Positions 59,062 through 64,000 of a stretch of DNA of 64,000 nucleotides are shown here, in pieces. The notes under the pieces were generated by a model that was given only the letters and a program-made list of their open reading frames with translations, ran no database searches and was not told the DNA's origin. The position numbers and the translations under genes were made by a program. Every line of letters starts with the position of its first letter. The first letter of the stretch is position 1. The DNA is from an uncultured virus (IMG/VR IMGVR_UViG_3300048919_000076) (lineage: Duplodnaviria; Heunggongvirae; Uroviricota; Caudoviricetes), in the IMG/VR virus record IMGVR_UViG_3300048919_000076. The stretch is one strand, 5' to 3'.

Positions 59062-59096
59062 AAGCTCTGAGGCTCTTGTCTCGGGGCTTTTCTTTT
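59062..59096 (+). terminator. Rho-independent terminator
   Basis: AAGCTCTGAGGC/GTCTCGGGGCTT stem followed by TTCTTTT. Confidence 0.75.
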
Positions 59097-59131
59097 GTTA
59101 AAATTATCTTATAAATTAACTAGGAGGCTAC

Positions 59132-62100
59132 ATGATCTACATAACAGAAATGCTGCGTTGGGGTGATGATGAATCCCACCATTATATCATTGGAGCATAC
59201 TCAACCAATGAAGAAGCCTCTTACGCAGGAGAAGTTGAGAAGACTTGGAGAGGTGGTAAGTATGAGTACAGGGTTGTGGTTGTAGAAATGGATAAACCAC
59301 TGGACAGTGATCAAATAGAACATCATGAGGGGATTTATTAAGATGGATAAACAGAAACTAACAAGGCAACTAGAAATGCTTCACCGTGACTTGTCTAGTG
59401 CAGATAAACGAGCTAAAAAGATTTCCAAAGAATGTGGATTGCCTGATAATGAATTGATAGAATTCGCTATGGAGCAGACTAAATTAGTTCTTGAGTATAT
59501 TGAAAGCTTGAAAGGGGAGAAAGACAATGAGTGATTTAATTAAGCTGGTAAAAGCAGAACAAACTAACGTTCGTAAACCCTTTATCGGGCCTTTGGATAC
59601 CTTATTAAAGGTAGACTCTGAATTCAGTCCCTTGGGTGGCAGGGTTGCTACACAATACAAGATTGGAGTGACTCTTGAGTGTCATGTAATGATTCAAGAA
59701 GGTCCACATATGAGTCAGTATGCTGAAAAAGCCTTAGTTGATACAAGGCGTTCTATTGCACAAGCCGTATTTGGAGAATTTCGTGAAGATTTGAATAAGA
59801 TCAAGCACTTAGCTTATAATTTTGACTCAGATGGTGTTATTGATGCTATACGAACTCTAGAAAACAAAATGTTTGAGGTGTAGGTAATGAGTAAGAAAGG
59901 AAATCCTGATTTTAAACCAATGACAGACCAGCAAAGGGAGGAAGCACACCTAAAACGTCTAGCTGACCAAGAATATGCTGTAAATCACCTGATAATTGAG
60001 TACAAAGATGCCGATTATTGGCGTTCATTAGCCTCAGAACAGGGGCTGAAGATGCCTAATTGGTGGATAAAGGGGGTAGAAGCTAAGTATATTCGGAGGG
60101 CTTGTAAGAAACTTGGAATTGATGTCGCTGAATATGTTGAGTCCACTGGCTTTAAAAACCTTAAAGAATTCACTGAAAACAATGAAAAATGGACAGCTTT
60201 TGCCCATGTAGGGTTGGTTTTAGAGTTTTATAAAGAGAATACAGCTCAGAAAGGTTGTTAGAATCAATTGAAAGTGGTAAAGTTAAGGTAGTTTTTGATG
60301 TATTCAGCTCGATTAACATTAACAGAGCCCGGTAGTGGCTCTTAGGAGAAACAGATGCTTATCCTATTGTATTTTATCGTTGTAATTGTTGTTTCATACA
60401 TCCATGCACACGGATGCTACGTCAAGGGAACTAAATATCCGTGGAAAGAGGATGCGATCCTATGCTTTCTTTGGCCCATCACATTGCCTATAGGTATTTG
60501 GATGATTATTGCATCGGAGAGTAGACCATGACACTAGCTGAACATGAAGATCGTCTTGTTAAAGACGAAGAATACCGTAGTAAATGGATTGATGAAGAAG
60601 TTCGCAGTTCTTCTGAGTGGTTTGTGCAGCAACTCAGCACTAAACAGAAGGATACACAAACAGTAACTTAGTGTGGAGAGTGAAATGACTGCGAATCGTC
60701 AGCTTGCAGAACAACGGGGTTTATCTGAACACCAAATTCAAGAGATTGATCGTCTGCACGAACATCTTGACAAAACAATGGACTACTTTATTGAACAAGG
60801 TTGGACACAAGGACGGGAAGATGAAATTCATGATATCGAATACCTCTTGCAACAAGCTTGGGGTTTTCCTAAAGACTGTGGATACCATCGTTATGCACAC
60901 CAATATGCTTTTGTCTGCCAGTGGTATGGGCGTACATTCAAGTGTGTAGAAACTGGGAATAAGATTACACTAGGTAAAGATATTCAAGAACGTCAATACA
61001 TTTCTTTTGGTAATTGTGCAATTGACTTGGGTGTGTTAAACGGTTATTCTCGTCGTATCGGAAACATGGAGGAGATTAAATGATAACAGATAAACAGAGG
61101 TTCGAAGAGTTTACTAGAAATGAAAAAGAATTTGAGAGTCAAGGCTGGGTAGTACATCACATTTGTGGGTGTGGGTACGTTCCTACGCACTCAGAGAACA
61201 GTGTGCTTATGAGGTTTGACTTTCCTTGGTGCCCTAAATGTGAAATGAGAGACTACCGAAAGAAGTATCGTCGTTGGATTTCTCAATCTATTTGGTATAA
61301 ACCACAGACATGGTTTCGCGGTTACTATGAGTGGGAACAACAATGACCACACAATATTCACCCGAGAAACAATTGATCAAAGATTTCATCCGCTGGGCTA
61401 GTGATATGCATAAGTGTGCGATTGTGGCATTCCCAGATGAATTTGCTGCGAGTCAGTATGTGAATTACAAATTTGTCAATACATGTGAATTATTGGATGA
61501 ATTTATGAAGGAGAGAAGTAGTGGGATTTAAAATAGATTTTATAGTTGAGGGTGGTGATCTTATTGATGACCATTGCAATCCCGCAATCTATACACAAGA
61601 TATTAAGGTAGGTGGTAACTCATGCTCTGATACGGTGTTCCTACAACAAGACGGACAAGTAGTGGGGTTTACTACAAGACAGTTTGAAGAGTTTATTCGT
61701 GAGGTTATGAAGTCATCCTTGTTTTGTGATTTGAGGAATGAGCTGAGGGAGGAATAATGAACCAAACAATTGAAGAAAGAATGCAATCCATTGAAGACCA
61801 ACTCAAAGAGCTTCAGAAAGAACTGGAAGAATCTCTTGCGCGCTACAACAAAAACCAGTATCCTTTTACAAATGGTGATATTAGTAAGTTCCGTAGTGGA
61901 GCTATTGGGGATATTCCTGAGACTAAATGTCTGTGGGATAGCATTCCTATAGAAGATCGTATGAAGCCTATGGGGCTAAGTTGTCCTTGTAGGAAGTGTT
62001 CGGCTTGGTGTTGAGGAGAGAAATAAATGATTGTACTAAACGACTTGTGTGGTTGTGAGGATGACACTGTAATTGAAGTTGAATACTTGAAACAGTATCT

Positions 62101-64000
62101 ACAAAACAGTATCTATGAAGCACTCAGTAAAACAGAACCTATTACCTATGAGCAATCAATTAAAATTATGGAGGGGCAATATAGGAAAGTTCTCATGGGT
62201 GCTTACACAAACCCTGAATATGATCCACAAGTGAAATGTACACTTGAAGAAGATGGAAAGATGAATGTAACCTTCTTGTGTCCACAATGGATTGCTGATA
62301 TGATTAATGAAGATGGACACCATTGATGAAGCTGTTACTTATAGGAGTAATTTTAATTCTTACAGCATGTGACAATAAGCCTAAGACTCTTACTTGCACA
62401 TCATCAACACCAAAAGGTTGGGTCACATGGGAGGAAGATGGTGGTAAAACTATTTGTTGGAAAAGTAAAGGTTTCCAATGTGCACCTAAATGTAAGGAGA
62501 AATGAGAATGTTAAAAGATACAGGTTTGAAAGAAGTTTTTGTTGTTTCTAATAAAGTATATATTGTCTTTCATGAACCAACAGAAGAGGTCGGGTTAACT
62601 GTGGATGACCTGCAAGAATTACTTTTGCTGTTGGTTGGAGAATAAAGATGATTGAAGGACTAAAGCTAGCTCTAAAGCACTGCACCAAATATGAAGACAG
62701 GATGTACTTGTCTTTCTTGATTAAAGTGTATGAGAGGAACAACAAATGATTCTAGACTTGAAAGATAAAACAGAGTGTCGATTCAAAACACTTGAGGATA
62801 TTCCGGGCTTTGTAAGTGTGCACGAAGAGGTTAGTGACTTCTTAACGCTCAAGCTGACTATCATCTGTGATGACCCTAAAGACTTTGCCGAATATCTGTA
62901 TTATAATCTACCCTCTGGTTGTAGACTTGTTGGAAGTACAACAGTTACTATCTTGACAGATCTTGTTCAGTATGAGATTGGGGGTATTGATTATAAGTTT
63001 GATTGGGAGAAATCATGAACAAAACAGAACTTATAGGAGCAGCAATAGCTATAACACTTATGCCTTGTATTATTGGGGTTTGGATGGTTTATAATTTGAG
63101 AGGTAAGAAGTGAGCTTATTTGAAGATTGGTATATTACAGTTCGATCAGGCCCAGACATCAATGTCTATGATGATTTGAAACTAGACCAAGAAGGTGAGT
63201 ATTATTACCAAGAAACCTTTTGGATGCATAAAGCATTTCTTGCTGGGCAAATAGTGTGTGAAGAGAAGAAACAATGACAGACACATACGAACGTTGTTCC
63301 TGTGGCGCTAGAGATAGGGCTAAGTGTAGCAAGGAGAGTTTATCAGGTGGCGGTAAGCTGTGTGTAAAAGACTTGAAAGAGGAGAAAGTAGGTATTAAAG
63401 TTAACATGGAAGATATTGGTATTCCAAAATACGATCTATTTGGCGAGCTGTTCAAGCTAGGTGTCACACAAGTAACTGAGAAATGGCATGACCTTCTGAT
63501 TGTTGAGCTTATCCTTGAAGGAGATTTTAAAGATGAGGATATTGCTAAGTGTCTTTATAAGAATTCTCCAATGATGTATAGACATGTGGGTGACATCACT
63601 CAGACAGTTGAAGGTGTGAATGGCATGTTGTTTAAATATGGGTTTACGAGGGGATAGTATGCCAAGATTTAAAGAGTCTTACAAAGTGGTGACAGAAGAG
63701 TTTACAACAAGGGAGGCGGCCCTGAAGGTCTTTCATCTACTGGATGCACTACCTAATGTCAGTGTTCATATTGAGCAAGTCAGTATGCCGGTGGTTAAGT
63801 GGGATTGTATCGATGATGGATATGGTGTTGTCGGCTACAGTTGGGATTGTTTTACATGTGACACTGAGCATTCTTTTGTAACACCTTTCCTAGGGGATAC
63901 ATATCGTTGCAGCAAGTGTCACACGGAACATTATAGTGATTGGGAGGAAGAATGACACCAGAACAACAAGCTCTGATTGATAAAGCCCTTAGTCGTAAAA
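59132..64000 (+). other. Array of about 20 small hypothetical ORFs
   Basis: Contiguous plus-strand ORFs with GGAG RBSs and overlapping starts/stops; several contain CxxC or TM segments. Confidence 0.7.

Noticed and set aside
1..64000. Stop-codon reassignment explaining the split genes
   Set aside because: Genes are full-length under the standard code, the breaks are explained by introns or frameshifts, and no suppressor tRNA was seen.

Overview
A 64-kb section of an AT-rich lytic myophage genome (contractile tail: sheath, tubes, baseplate J). Gene order resembles large Pseudomonas myoviruses (PAK_P1/KPP10/phiPsa374-like); that placement is inferred, not searched. There are three blocks. (1) 1-14.2 kb (+): the end of a family A DNA polymerase, SSB, exonuclease and nucleotide-metabolism genes (thyX, nrdB, nrdA). 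(2) 14.3-50.2 kb (-): lysis, tail, baseplate, head and packaging genes, extra fibre/spike genes, two tRNAs and a polymerase-like ORF. (3) 50.5-64 kb (+): small accessory ORFs plus phoH, a ClpP-like protease and a dCMP deaminase. The ORF track misses an extensive RNA layer. Two related 240-nt ORF-less group I introns split catalytic motifs (PolA H|DE and TerL Walker A), and each host gene abuts a free-standing HNH endonuclease gene. A complete hammerhead ribozyme lies upstream of the tRNAs and three anti-SD/GGA-loop hairpins lie downstream of them. There is also an unexplained ~274-nt nested structured RNA, a GC-rich multi-hairpin leader upstream of the HNH-terL genes, RBS-occluding hairpins on endonuclease genes and a tail-chaperone -1 frameshift signal. 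Protein-level highlights are a compact single-subunit RNA-polymerase-like ORF and an operon of very acidic microproteins.
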